Assembly (NCBI RefSeq): GCF_001194135.2
Contig: NC_068993.1
Coordinates: forward strand, 61,397,896-61,461,895
Direction of reading: 5' to 3'
Length of the DNA: 64,000 nt
Origin: Octopus bimaculoides
Lineage: Eukaryota
Position numbers and translations under genes: made by a program. Shown here in pieces: positions 13,865 to 28,883 of this stretch (position 1 is its first letter; each line of letters begins with the position of its first letter). The notes beneath the pieces were generated by a model. The model was not told where the DNA came from. It did not search any database and was given only the letters and a program-made list of their open reading frames with translations.

Positions 13865-15344
13865 GTCTGTCTGTTGGCGTGTGCACACACACACACACAC
13901 ACACACACACANNNNNNNNNNNNNNNNNNNNNNNNNNNNNNNNNNNNNNNNNNNNNNNNNNNNNNNNNNNNNNNNNNNNNNNNNNNNNNNNNNNNNNNNN
14001 NNNNNNNNNNNNNNNNNNNNNNNNNNNNNNNNNNNNNNNNNNNNNNNNNNNNNNNNNNNNNNNNNNNNNNNNNNNNNNNNNNNNNNNNNNNNNNNNNNNN
14101 NNNNNNNNNNNNNNNNNNNNNNNNNNNNNNAATCTCTCTCATTTTATTATTTTTAAACTATAATTGTTATGGGGTTCTTATTTTGCTAGTTTCCCCTTTT
14201 AGGAATTATTTGTCTTTTTGAAAAGATAAAATCTATGTTTATGCAGGAGAATGAGAGAGACAGAGAGTGACTCTTACACAGCCATAGAAAATCTGCCTCA
14301 ATAACATGCAAAAGTGGATATTAAGATGCCGATGATGTTGATATAGATGATCAGCTTCTCATAGTTTCCATCTTCCAAATCCACTCCCGAGGATTTGGTC
14401 AACCTAGGGCTCTAAAGACACTTGCTCAAGCTGTTATACAGCAGTCTTCTGCACCGCTTGTACCTCATATGTTTTACTCAAAAGCCATTGATCAACTTTG
14501 ACCCTACTAATTAGGCAATGCTGAAAGTCCCTTAATTTGAATCCGTCTGGTTGTGTAATGTAATCCCTGTTTTTAAATACAAATGAAAATGTTATAGGAG
14601 GAGCAGGAGGAGGAGGAAATTAAGAGGGGAAAATTAAGATTGAATGCATGTGAGATGGAGTGAGTGAATGGATTTACAGTTTTGGACCCTGATTAATAAG
14701 ACTGAGGGAACACTAATCTTTGACCCTGGCCTTTAATCTATAACTAGCCCCATAGGATTTTTGTTGGGATATTTTACTGAATGGTAACACCAAACAAATG
14801 CACACACACACACACACTCTCTCTCTCTCTCTCTCACACACATGTCCTCTGTCTCTTTGTATCTCCCTTATGCATACATCACACAGATACATGTACTCAA
14901 ACACACACACACACACACATACACACACAAACTTGTGGTTGAAGTTCTTTAGATTGTTTTAGCCCTGATGACCAAGACCATGCTGGAGCACCACATTCCT
15001 CTTGTATCTCTGTCTATATATATATATATCACATGATCATGTGCTCGACCAGACTACTGGATATTGTTATACATCACTGGTCACAATGCACTTCACATCA
15101 TTTTAGCTTTTGAGCGCTGCCACCCCACTGGCTCGGAGAGCAGACCCACATCGCCCCTCCCCTGATTGGAAGGATATTCTGTCACAGAGGTTACCCAGTT
15201 ACGGCTGAGTGGACTGCAGCAACGTGAAATGAAGTATTTCGCTCAAGAACACAGTGTCACTTGGTCCAAGAATCGAACCCATAATCTAGGATCATGAGTG
15301 CAACCTCTTAACCATTAGGCCACACACCTTCACGTGCACACACG

Positions 15345-15396
<52 letters not shown>

Positions 15397-15887
15397 AGAG
15401 ATCTACACATACACACACACATAATATTATCTGCAGACTGAGCACCCAGAAGAAAAAAAAGTGTGCAAATATACATACATATACACACAAATTATGCATA
15501 CATGCTCACACACATCCGCACGTACACACTAACGCACACACACATTATTTTGGCAAGAACAAATCTGCAAAAGATATGAGCATCATCATCATCATCATCA
15601 TCATCAGTAACATCATTGCCATNNNNNNNNNNNNNNNNNNNNNNNNNNNNNNNNNNNNNNNNNNNNNNNNNNNNNNNNNNNNNNNNNNNNNNNNNNNNNN
15701 NNNNNNNNNNNNNNNNNNNNNNNNNNNNNNNNNNNNNNNNNNNNNNNNNNNNNNNNNNNNNNNNNNNATTTTGTTTGAATCAGGTCAAAACTTTAACGGT
15801 CCTGTTCATTATAGTCATAGACCTGGTTTGTTGTTATGATGATGCTAATGATGACGGTGGCAGAAGCAGTAGTGGTAGTGGTGGTAC

Positions 15888-15938
<51 letters not shown>

Positions 15939-16482
15939 ACTGTTCCACTTTGTGGAGTTGGAGTCACTAGTCTTTTATTTTTGTTATTTATTTATCTTTT
16001 TTATGCTTTTAGTCTTTTAAGACGGTTCTTTGTATTCTCTGAAACATTTGCTTTTTATGCAAAGCCTCATCATGATATTTATACTAAAACGGTGATGATG
16101 ATGATGATGATGATGACAATGGTGATGATGATGATGATTTCCTAGGTTTTTGATGCCAATACAACTACAGACTTATTTTTAAACCACCCACCACCACCCA
16201 AAAATAAAATGTAAAATAAAAAAAGTGGGTTGGCAGGTTTAGTGAGTTCTGCAACAAAACTTTATTTCTCCCTAACTGATGACAGTCAAGGAAGGCATCT
16301 TGTAAAATGCGCCTAACAGAAGGTCATTATCAAACCCTGTAGGGGGTAAGGGCCATGGTACGCTGCATCTGTCACTTACCTATGCTTTATGTTGTGGAAC
16401 CCCCCCCCCTTACCATTTTCTCATGTGCAGTATATCTTTACCATAATTCATTGCCGGGCTTGAAATAAAATAAAATAAAATA

Positions 16483-17221
<739 letters not shown>

Positions 17222-18244
17222 TAACCTACTAGAAAAAACAAAAAAAAATACAGTATAAAAAAACAAAAGAAACTGATTTGCTTCGGAAGAGAACTGTGCC
17301 TCTTTTCTTGAGTTCTTCTCTCTTTACAGATGCTTCTTGTCTTTTTACTCTTTTACATGTTTCAGTCATTTGGCTGTGGCCATGCTACAGCACTGCCTTT
17401 AGTCGAACAAATCGACCTCCAGGACTTATTCGCTATAAGCCTTCTACTTATTCTATTGGTCTCTTCCCGAGCGTCAAACTAACTCACCTGCTTGTCGTTC
17501 TCTCACCTGTCTTCCTCTTTTGTTTTCTGTAAATTTGAACTGTGTGTGTGTGTGTTTGTCCTTCGTCACTGCTTGGCGACTGGTGTTGGCTTTATTTATG
17601 TATCTGTAACCTAATGCTTTGCCAAAAGGGTCAGCATGGCTGAAATGAGTAAAACAGTAAAAGGTACCCCATGACAATAGAATACGACGGTTTTGACCAA
17701 AGCACTTTTGATTCTAGGCCTGTTCGGTCATGACTGGCTTTCGACTAAACAACAACAGCAACAAAGATGCACATGTATATGTGTGTGTGTGTGTGTGTGT
17801 GTTGGAAGGGCTAGCAGACTGGTTCTATTTTTGAAGTAAGATGAGGATGCAACAGTCTTTTGGTGTCTGAAGCATCTCTATGAAATATCGGAAGGTTATC
17901 ATAGCAGCAACAACAACAACAGCAACACTCAGCTTTCTGCTGTAAATATATTTATATTTGAAAGTGATGCTTGGTGCAACATTTATTTCAACACCATTTC
18001 TAATAACTTTCCACATGTGTATGTTCATTGATGCACGTGTGTGTGCATTGGTGCTTCTGCATCTCTGTGTAATATGTATGTATACGTACCAATATATGTA
18101 TGTATGCATTAGTGCATGTGTATATTGGTGTATTTATGTGTGTGTGTCACATCCGTAAATGTGTTTGGGTGTAACTATGTACATGGGGGTGTTGCATATG
18201 AGTGCATTAGTGCATGCATCAATGCAGCTTTCACCAAGTGTGTG

Positions 18245-18280
<36 letters not shown>

Positions 18281-18299
18281 TATATATTATACATATGTA

Positions 18300-18895
18300 T
18301 ATGCCACTGGCACGAGGGGCAGTCTGATGGTACTGGCAATGGCCATGCTCAAATGGTGTTTTTACGCGCCACCTGCACAGGAGCCAGTCCAGTGGCACTG
18401 GCAACAATCTCACTCGAATGTTTTTTCATGTCCCACCAGTACAAGTGCCAGTAAGGCGATGCTGGTAACGATTATGCTCAAATGGTGCTATTTACATGCC
18501 ACTGGCATGGAAGCTTGCTCAGACAGTGCTGTTAGCGCTCCACTGGCACGGGTGCCATTCTTCGAATTTAGTTCAATATCGATTTCACTTGCCTCAACAG
18601 GTCTTCGCAAGTAGAGTTTAGTGTCCAATGAAGGAAAGGTTCGCATGGGTGCCAGTCGTTGAATTTGGTTTGATTTTGATTTCACTTGTCTCAACAGGTC
18701 TTTGCAAGCACAACATATTTCTAAAGGTCTCGGTCACTAGTCATTGCCTCAGTGAGGCCTAATGTTCGAAGGTCGTGCTTCACCACCTCATCCCAGGTCT
18801 TCCTGGGTCTACCTCTTCCACAAGTTCCCTCAACCGCTAGGGTGTGGCACTTTTTCACACAGCTATCCTCATCCATTCTCACCACATGACCATAC
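18300..18895 (-). mobile_element. RTE-clade LINE 3' end: ORF terminus plus modular 3'UTR
   Basis: YGHVVRMDEDSCVKKCHTLAVEGTCGRGRPRKTWDEVVKHDLRTLGLTEAMTSDRDL, the typical RTE C-terminal GHV.RM...GRPR.TW motif. It is followed by a duplicated UTR segment and ~65-nt repeated modules. Confidence 0.88.
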
Positions 18896-21814
18896 CTGCC
18901 TCTCTCTCTCTCTGCCACTCTCCATCTCACTGCCTTTCTCTCTCTCTGTGCCTCTCTCCCTCTCTCTGCCTCTCTCTCTCTCTCTGCCTCTCTCTCTCTC
19001 TGCCTCTCTCTCTCTGCCTCTCTCTCTCTCTCTGCTTATCTCTCTCTATCTCTCACTCTCGCTCGCTCGCATGCGTGCATTTTCCATACTTCATCCTGTG
19101 AAGCCCCTGGACATATCAACAATGATGTTTCTTGCTATCATTAGGTGATTTGACACCTTCACCCAGGTGACCCAGCTGGGGTCGACCAGGCCCCAGTTTG
19201 TGTCCAGTTAGCAGTACCCTCAGCACCAGTGCCATCTTAAAATATGGGCTTGCTGGGCAGTTGCTCATGGGCCTTAGAGATCTTGGTCTTTGTATGTTGT
19301 GGCTTGCTGCTAATGAACAAATGCTCTGATTCAGCTGGAGTGGGGGCTATAATGTTGTTGAGATAGTCCTGACTATGCCTGGTTGCCAAGCCCCATTCAG
19401 GGTTTGCAGCCCCTGATCTACAGCGACCATCTCTGCTGCCTCCACAGTCAACCTGATGGCCTTCTTCTTACTGGCCTCTCTAATGCCAAGCAGGCTGTAA
19501 GCCCTGTAGAGGGAATGACCTCACATACACACGCACGTATGGAAAAAGCATCAGTAGACTTTGTAAAGTGATTGATAATAGGAAGGGCATCCAGCCATGG
19601 TAAATGTACCAAGCTGACAGTAGAGCTTCATACAGCACTCTGAATCCTGTGGAGCCACGTGGTCCATACCAGGACAGACAATGATGATGATGATGATGAT
19701 GATGCCGACAGACACATAGTGAAGCTTTGTACTCCCTCTCCCCTCATTCCCTCCCGCTCTCTCTCTGTCTGTCTGTCTGTCCGTCTCTCTCTCTGACACA
19801 CTCTATCAAACATAGATCAAGCAAATGTTGTTTTACTTCCAGTAAAGTTTACGTAGGTCAGGAACACATTTCTATCCATTCCTGCCAACTGGAGAATTTA
19901 CAAATATTTATTGTCTTAAACACATTCTCGATTGTTCTTTCTACTTTTTCACCTGTCTGTCTGCCTGTCCGGCCGTCTGTCTTTGCTTTTTTTATTCATT
20001 TCATTCCCCTTTCTCTTCTTTCCTTCCTTCCTTTTTTTTTTTTTTCTTATTTTTTGTTATCTCTTGCAGATTCTTGCTAGATTATACCTACGTGTTCCTG
20101 TGTATATCTATATTTGTGTGTGTGTGTGTGTGTATTTAGTTGAGAGTGTATATGAATACGCATCTGTGTGTGTATGTATGTATGTATATATATATATACA
20201 CATACACACACACACATATATATACATATGGGTGAACATCAATGTATGAATATGCATACACACATATACAATACAAATGTTTGTGTGTATATATATATAT
20301 GTATGTAATACACATTCACAAACGTACATGCCTTCATACAAATCTATTTAGATATATTTTCTATATTGATAATAATTGATATTTTATATTTTGCTTTAAT
20401 CATAATCTAATAATGTCGGATAAAAAATAGATTCAGCTCATGTGTTGAAACATTGGGTGTGTGTGTGTGTATTTGTTTACGTGTGTGTTTGTGGATGCAT
20501 TTTTTAATATTTGCTGTAATCACAATCTAATGTTGGATAAGAAGTGGACTAGTCTGCTGTGATTAGATATAGCATCTGTGTATGTGTTTATATATGTGTG
20601 TATATGTGAGAATATATACATATATAGACACGTATGTATATATATATATATATATATGAAAATATATACATACATATATGTATATATATATATATATCTA
20701 CATATAGGTATGTATATAAATAGATATATAGATTGATAGATAGTGACGCAGATAAACACGGTTAGGCTTGATGTATAAAAATATACACATACGGATATAG
20801 TCACTCTTTACTCTGTGGACGTAAACCTCGGTAAAGATTTTGTAGTTTAAGTTCAAATCATTTGAGTGCTTCTACATGCCATTGAACATCCCTAGCTCTC
20901 ACCGTTTGACTGTACACGTACGGGTATATATATNNNNNNNNNNNNNNNNNNNNNNNNNNNNNNNNNNNNNNNNNNNNNNNTATATATAGAGTGTGTACTA
21001 AACTATACAGATGTAAAATACCAGCCTTCAATCTTCAACTGTGGAGTAATTCCTTTATCTCTTAAGATCTTTGTCAATTTGATACTGAATCCACACCTCT
21101 GTTGCATTTCAACTTTTCTCTTTTCTCTCCAGATTTGCCTTTCTTCCTTACTTTCTTCCTTTCTCTCTCTTTTCCTTTTTTCTTTTATTTTTTTGTTTCT
21201 TTTCTTTCAACTTTCTCCATTCCAAAACAAAAAAAAAAACAAACTACAGGTGGCTGACTGAAACTTTTTTTTAGAATCCAAAGATAGCAGAAATTTCAAT
21301 GGCATGAAAGGTCATTCATGTGTGTTCGTGTGTGTGAGATAGAGGTGGGTATAGAGTGAATGGCAGAGTAATTTTCGGACTACAACAATGAAAGAAAAAA
21401 AAACAACAAAATATATAAAAACCAACAACAACAAACAGAGAAACAGAGAGTATATGTATGAGAGTGATAATCAACAACAACAAATGTTTTGAACTAAAAA
21501 AGTGATTAACAAAAAAAAAAACTAAGGATTACAAAACAAAAAAAAAACAAAACTATTTACCATTTTCAAGTAATAATCTGGCATTAGTGACATCTTACCT
21601 TTCGCTCTTCTACCAGACTGGATAATTCTTTTTGCATTGTTTATAAGTTAGTCAAACTAACTTCACAAAGAATTCAATCAGCTAAAATTTCACTGTGAAT
21701 GTGCGAGAATGTGAGCGGATGCGGAATGCACGTACACATATACATACACACACACAGACACACACACCATATACACTTATAATATTTGCTCTGTTGTTGC
21801 ACGAAGAAAAGCAA

Positions 21815-21858
<44 letters not shown>

Positions 21859-22377
21859 CCTGCGTTTGGTGGAATTACCTCTTACCTTGCTGACAGTTTT
21901 ACTGTTGTTTTGAATCTTTTATTGTCTCACCTTCTGCCAATACCAACAGTGGCCAGCGAAACACCATCCTGCGTTCTTTGGTCCGACCAACTGTCGTCTG
22001 CGACTGAGGTGACTACTCAGATATATATATATATATATATATATCTTTATAGCTTTTATTTTTCTATCAATGTTTCTTTTGTTTCTTGAAATGTTTTTAA
22101 AAAAAATTATTTTTCCCTTTCATCTACTCTTTCATTTTTTTTTTCATTTCTCGTTCATATTTCATCATCTCACATTTTGCTGTATTATTGTCTAATCTTT
22201 CTTCTCATCTCTCTTTATTTCTTCTTCTCTATTCTTTCACTTATCCTATTTTCAGCTCTCTACTTTTCTGGTCCTTTTTTTTTTTTTGTTCTTGTTTTGT
22301 TTTAAAATTTGTAATTTTTCATTTCTAAATTTCTCCTTCCAACATCAACTGCAGGTGTGTTTCTAGCTTTTACATAA

Positions 22378-22421
<44 letters not shown>

Positions 22422-23904
22422 TTCTACCGTGTGCACATGTGTCTGTCCCTGCGTATGTTTGCAAATGCCGATCTCTTCATTTTATATAATGTGTGTATGT
22501 GTGTGATCTGCTGTTTTTTCATTTAGTTTCCCCATCACCTTTTACTAACCAAACTAAAATGGAATATACTTTGTGCGTCCATGGCACTCTCCGTTCTTTC
22601 TCCACCTTATTCATTCACGCCTCTTGCTACTTGTTCCTCTCTTCATGTCCATCTCGGCATACTTGTCTGTCCACTCTAGTGGTTCTCAACCAATCTTACC
22701 CTATGAGCCGCTATGATATCTGTTTCACTCAGGTGAACATCTGTAGCCATTCCATGTTTTAAAAACTCATATTCTTAAAATGAAACATTATTAGGAATTA
22801 CAAAAAAAAAAAAAATTCAAACATTTTGTGTATTGTGGAAGTATAACCAAATTTATTGCAGATAAAGTTTAGCAACAAAATCTTAAGTCAGATGGGCCCC
22901 AGTTAAAAACTGCTGGTTTATACACTTTGACCTTGAACATTAATTTTAAGTTGGAGATATCGACCTGAGCAGTTACAGGCTGATATATATAATATTTTAT
23001 ACGGTTAGGGCTTCTTTGCCTTTATTACTATGTTTATTGTTATTAGGATATCAAGAGGGAGCTTATAGAATAAATGTTATTAGTTCGTTATTTATCAATG
23101 GTGTTAGATTATATTGGGTTTTTGCTTTATACACTTTAATCTAGCGCTTTAATCTAGCCTGGGGGTCTGTAGACTCCTGATGAGAACAATTTTTTGTAGT
23201 TCTAATATTTTGGGGTTTCCTGTTATTTGGCCATAGTGTTTAAGAGTGCCACTTAGTATTGATGCCAGAGCTCCGATGCTCACAGTTGATGTTCATAGAT
23301 GCCACTCCTCCTCATCGTCATCATCATCATCATCATCATCATCATTATGGTGGTGTGCTGGCAGAATCATTAGCACAGCATATATAACACTCTGCGGTAT
23401 TTCATGTGCCTTTATGTTTTTGTGTTCAAATTCTGTTCTGAGCTCAACTGATATTTATTTTATCCACTCTGTAAGGATGAAAGGCAGAAGTCAAATTTGA
23501 ACACTAAGGTAGATGTAATCAACTTACCCCCCCCCCCACTCCTCCCAAAATTTCAGGCCTTGTGCCCGTAATTGAAAGGATTATTATCATTATTATTATT
23601 AGAGGACCCGGCAAGTAAAGTGAGATCACAGCCATAGCCTATGCCAGTGCTGCATTTAAAAAGTACCTTTGAATCGTTAGGTGATGCACCATGCTTGAGG
23701 AGATCTATTGAGTGAAGTAAAATCAAATCACTATCAAAAATGGAAATTGTAGTTGTGGCCGATGCCAGTGCCGCCTGAATGGCTCTCATGCTGGTGGAAT
23801 GCAATAAGCACCATTGATGCGTGGGTCATTGCCAGTGCTGCCTGACTGGCTCCCCGTGCCAGCGGCATGTAAAAAGCACCATCTGAATGGCAAATAAGCC
23901 ATCA

Positions 23905-24375
23905 ACATTATTGTTATTATTTCTTTTTATCACAGTTTTGTTGGAACTCCTGGAGTCTTGCATGCGTAGCGAGCTTACTACCTGCAGCCTACCATATTAT
24001 TCGTTCTTTTCAGCTATCTAATACTTTCCTGATTATTCTGCCCGTGCCAAGGAGGCAAACCTTTTGTAAGAGTTCTACTGGGCCCTCTATTCCAGTTTCC
24101 TTTATATTCCTCTTGAGGCCTTCTGATACTGTCCCCAAGGATCCAACAATAATTGGCCCTGTCTTCACCTCCATTTTCCATAGCCGGGCTATTTCGTACT
24201 TAAGAGAGTTGTATCTATCTATCTTTTCACCTTCCTTCTTGACTATTCGTGGATCAAAGGGGCATGCAGCATCAACTATATAGCGTATGTGGTGCATCTT
24301 GTCGACCACCACTAGGTCTGGTCTGTTATGCTCTAGCACCTGATCTGTTTGGATTGGGAAATCCCAGAGGATTTT
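23905..24375 (-). mobile_element. R4/Dong-like non-LTR retrotransposon 3' fragment (restriction-like endonuclease domain)
   Basis: KILWDFPIQTD...HNRPDLVVVD...IVDAACPFD...EKIDRY..L..EIARLW...PIIVGSLG...LQKVCLLGT.RIIRKVL* followed by a short 3'UTR and an AAT-type tail. Confidence 0.85.
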
Positions 24376-25559
24376 GCTTGTTGTTGTTGCTGTTGTTGTA
24401 TATGCGTGAGGATGCATGGCCTAGTGGTTAGGGTTTTGCTCTTGTGTTCTAGCAATTCTGGTTTCAATTCCTAGACCAGGTGATACATTGTATTCTTGAA
24501 CAAAACACTTCATCTCACATTGCTCTGTGATCTCTTTAATACCTGATGTATTGTACACCTGTACAGGTAACGTCGATTTGATGGAAGAACAGGTGAGCTA
24601 ATGTACAGCACATGCATTTGATCTCATTACAGACATTTTCCTTGACAAAATGTTGTTTTGTGTCAGATGAAGTAATAACTGTTATTCTTGTGCTAAGAAT
24701 GCCCAGTTTTGACCAACAACATCAGGAGTTCAAACCCTGCCAGAGTTGACATTTAATATTGTTACTATTTGCTATTTAATATTCTTTCTTTATGCTTGTC
24801 CAATATTTAGTTGTCTTTTCATAAACAAACAAAAACAAGGAAAAAATAACAAAAACCAACCAAACAAAAGGAACTAAAACAATAATTTCACCTTCCGCAA
24901 TTCTCATTAAACTTTTGCATTCATTCTCACTTTTTCCTTTTTCCTTTATTTTGCCTTATCAAGCAAAGCCCTGTGTGATGACAGTTGCATAATTAAATCA
25001 TAGTCATTAAGAAATAGATTTAAAAAAAAAATATGAAATAAAGTAAGCTCATAAAAGTTGTATTTGATTGGAGAGAGAAATAAAAAAAAACCTATAAGCT
25101 ATCTTTCAATCTGCCTGTCCTGTCTATCGATCACTCTATTTATTCGTCTAAGTATCGATCTGTCTATATATCTATCTGCCTGCCTGTCTTTCTGTCTGTC
25201 TGTCTTTCTGTCTATTTCTGTCTCTCTCTCTTTCTGTCTGTCTATATGCCTGCCTGTCTGTCTACCTGTGTACTTGTCTTTTCATCTACCTGTCTATTGA
25301 CCTACCTACCTGCCTGCCTGTCTGTCTGTCTGTCTGCCAGTCTACCTACCCTGTTTACCTATCTACCTACTTCCCCATTTACCTACCTACCCATCTATCC
25401 ACCTATCATTATGAGTGTGTCTCTCTTTTCATATCTGATCTTAATTCTTCTACAATCAAGTGATTGTTGTAATCAACTTTTAAAGAACTCAGTGTTAAAA
25501 GCTCATTAGACTGAAACTTCCACAAGATTTAAATTACTTTCATTTTAGCTAAAAGAAAG

Positions 25560-25925
25560 GCTTCAGTCAGTCCTAGTATAACATTACCTCAGTCCTGGCT
25601 TAAAGAACTATCTCAATCCCAGCATGCATTTACCACAATCCCAGCTAAAACAATAACCCCAGTCCTAGTACATCTGTGCTACACTCTATCATACATTTAC
25701 CTCAAACCCAGCTAAAAAAAAAACTAACTTACTCCCAATACACCTTTCCCACAATCCCAGTTAAAACAGCTACACCAGTCCCACTATATTTTACCACAGT
25801 CCTGGCCAAGACAACTATCTTGGCCTCAGTGTATGTTTACCTGAGTCCCAACTAAAAACAAACTACCTCGTTCCCAATACACTTTTGCCTTAGTCCCAGC
25901 CAAAACAACTGCCTTGGTGTCAGTG
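25560..25925. repeat. Degenerate ~43-nt minisatellite
   Basis: Recurrent cccagc(t/c)aaaacaacta.c.cagtccc...tttacc.ca.t units. Confidence 0.7.
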
Positions 25926-26308
25926 TTTCTTTATCTGGCTCTACATTTAAATTTAGATTCTGCTTGGTTTCTCTTCTGGAAATTCTCTCTCCAATCGTGT
26001 CAGATGTATTTTTGGTTCTCTCTTCTTCTGCTTCTATTTTCTGATCAACTTCTAGTGGATCCTGGTTAATATCACAGATAGAAGGGTAGGAGTAGTATTG
26101 AGAGAGAGAGAGAGAAAGAGAGATACAGATAACATAAATAACTGGAAAAATAAATAAATGAAAAAAAAAAAAAAAGCTGAACATTTTTTCTAAACCTTTC
26201 CAGCAGAAGCATTAGTTCTTCAAGCTGTAGCAGTAACAGAACTTTTTTTTTTTCTCTCTCTCATTCTTGTTAGTCTTTCACTGACCATATTTCCATGCAA
26301 CAGTAGAC

Positions 26309-26347
<39 letters not shown>

Positions 26348-26534
26348 CTATACACACACACACGCGCGCGTGCACACTCAACTATACATACACACACGCG
26401 CGTGCACACTCAACTATACATACACACATGCAGAACTATATGTATATATATCTATGTATATATACTTATGTATATGTATGCATGTGTATGTATATGTATG
26501 TGTATATATATATATATATATATGTATATGTACT

Positions 26535-26790
26535 TATATCATCATCATTGTTTAACGTCTGCTTTCCTTGTTGGCATGGGTTAGACAGTTTGACTGAGAA
26601 CTGGCAAGTCAGTAGGCTGCACCAGGCTCCAATCTGATTTGGCAGTGTTTCTACAGCTGGATGCCCTTCGTAACGCCAGCCACTCTGAGAGTGTAGTTGG
26701 TGCTTTTTATGTGCCACCAGCACGGGTCCCAGTCAGGCGGCACTGGCATCGGCCACACTCAAATAGTGCATTTTACATGCCACCAGCATA
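26535..26790 (-). mobile_element. RTE-type 3' tail (family C)
   Basis: Reverse complement of the same tail. Further copies at ~12145-12320 (+), 23690-23890 (+), 40990-41150 (-), 46980-47205 (-), 55280-55490 (-) and 55590-55780 (+). Confidence 0.8.
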
Positions 26791-26806
26791 TATGTATATA
26801 TATATG

Positions 26807-26842
<36 letters not shown>

Positions 26843-27391
26843 CTTGTTTTCGTCATTTGATTGTGGCCATACTGGGGCACTGCCTTGGAGAGTCTAGTTT
26901 TCATCAAACGTTAGAAGTAGAATTTGTCAGGGCATACTCAAGCAAGCTGTTTTGTGTCTTGCTACTCAGGAGTATAACATGACAGCTGGAGTAAGACTTG
27001 AATTACTAACTGTGATAGTCATTAATTAAACACTCGGCTCGCATGATTCATTACACAGAATAAAAAAAAAAATTATTTGATTCTCCAAATGTTATCCTTA
27101 ACATAAGATAAACAAAACAAATTATATAAATTAATAAACGAATTAATCATTGTATTCCTTTTCCTTAGGTGCAGTGTCGTACCAAGTCCTGTCATTTCTG
27201 TTATCGGACGTTGACCTTGTCCAATGGTCACATGTTTCCTTTATCTGAAATGGTTGACACTTCTTTGCCTTCTTTGTGTTTTCTGAGAAAGAGAACCCCC
27301 ACCCCCCGTTGTTCTTCTGTTGTCCAAGGCCTAACTAATAGAGACTGGATTGAATGTAATGCAACTGAATCCAAAGATCTAGTTATAAAAA

Positions 27392-27425
<34 letters not shown>

Positions 27426-27669
27426 GGGCTCTCTACCCCTTTCTTATTTTTCTGGCCAGGCTCCCGTGGCTTTTATGGGTTTTTCCGCGTGTAACCTTGC
27501 GAAACGCCCCCCCCCTATTGGGAGTTTTATTTGTTATATCTTTCCCTGTTTTTCCATTGTTTACTCAAACGATTTCTTCTTTTCGGACAAAACCCTTTGA
27601 AACCTTCGTCCTGTCTTTGTCCTTACATGTTTTCAATTTATATTAGCCCTTGTGGCCAATAAAACCAGA

Positions 27670-27708
<39 letters not shown>

Positions 27709-28735
27709 TTATGTTTGACTTTTGCTTTGTCTGGTGTGCTACCGATTCTGTTAGCTTGCTGCCTTCGTAATAATCATCATCATCATTATAATAATATGAT
27801 GGTGAGGAAATCTGGTGAGATGTGTATAAAGTATTCTTCATCATACGACAAGCTACCGACCCTTATAACATGTTCTGTATTGTGATAATTTGTAATAAAA
27901 TAAACTGATTATAACTCAGTCTTGTTAAACACTGAAACTACAGGATATAACGAACCAATGAGGAGTCTACTATGCATTCATTTAAGCTGCTAGGCATAGC
28001 AGCCAGCACTCCTTCAATTCACTACCTATTGTCTTAAATAAGGAACTATTCTAGTTGGTAAGGAAATATTACATGGCATTTAGTTACACAGTGTCTAAAG
28101 CCATGGGTAGGATAGTCATGGATGAAATGCCTTTGGTCATAAGTTTGTTTGATCAAGGCTGACTCGGGGTTAAATAATTACTATGTTGTTGCTATAAATG
28201 CTACTGCTGTGTGGCAGGGAGATATTACTGGTATAATGGGGCCTGGGTGGTCTGGATTAGTATAAGAGGGATGTTTCTCCTTTGCAGGACAGTCAGATAT
28301 TTGAATGTGTCTATTGGGGTGGGGAGAGAGAGGCATGGAGTGTGCATGTGTAATTATGTTATTATTGTAATTATGTTATTATTGTAATTTAATTGAGGTG
28401 CATTAACTGTTGTTGCCATTCCAAATGGGATGTAACCCACTTTCATTATATTTGTGTATGATGATGATGATGATGATGATAAAGTGAACTGAACAGGATG
28501 GAATCGACTTCAGCTTTGCGTGTATGAGGATTTCTTTTCTTGTTGAGCGAGGAATGGAAATGGATTCGTTAGTCTATGGGATATTTTGGCATTTCCTCTT
28601 CATATCTGTCATCCTGCTCATACTGGAGCTACTCGGACTGGTCTGTCGTTTTGACCAGCAGCAGGAGAAAGTAGTTAGACCTCACCAGTTGCTAAAATTT
28701 GATAGATACATAGGCATGCACATGCACATGCATGT

Positions 28736-28771
<36 letters not shown>

Positions 28772-28824
28772 NNNNNNNNNNNNNNNNNNNNNNNNNNNNN
28801 NNNNNNNNNNNNNNNNNNNNNNNN

Positions 28825-28883
<59 letters not shown>

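Noticed and set aside
25560-25925. CRISPR-like repeat-spacer appearance
   Set aside because: Eukaryotic context, degenerate tandem units without unique spacers, and no cas genes.
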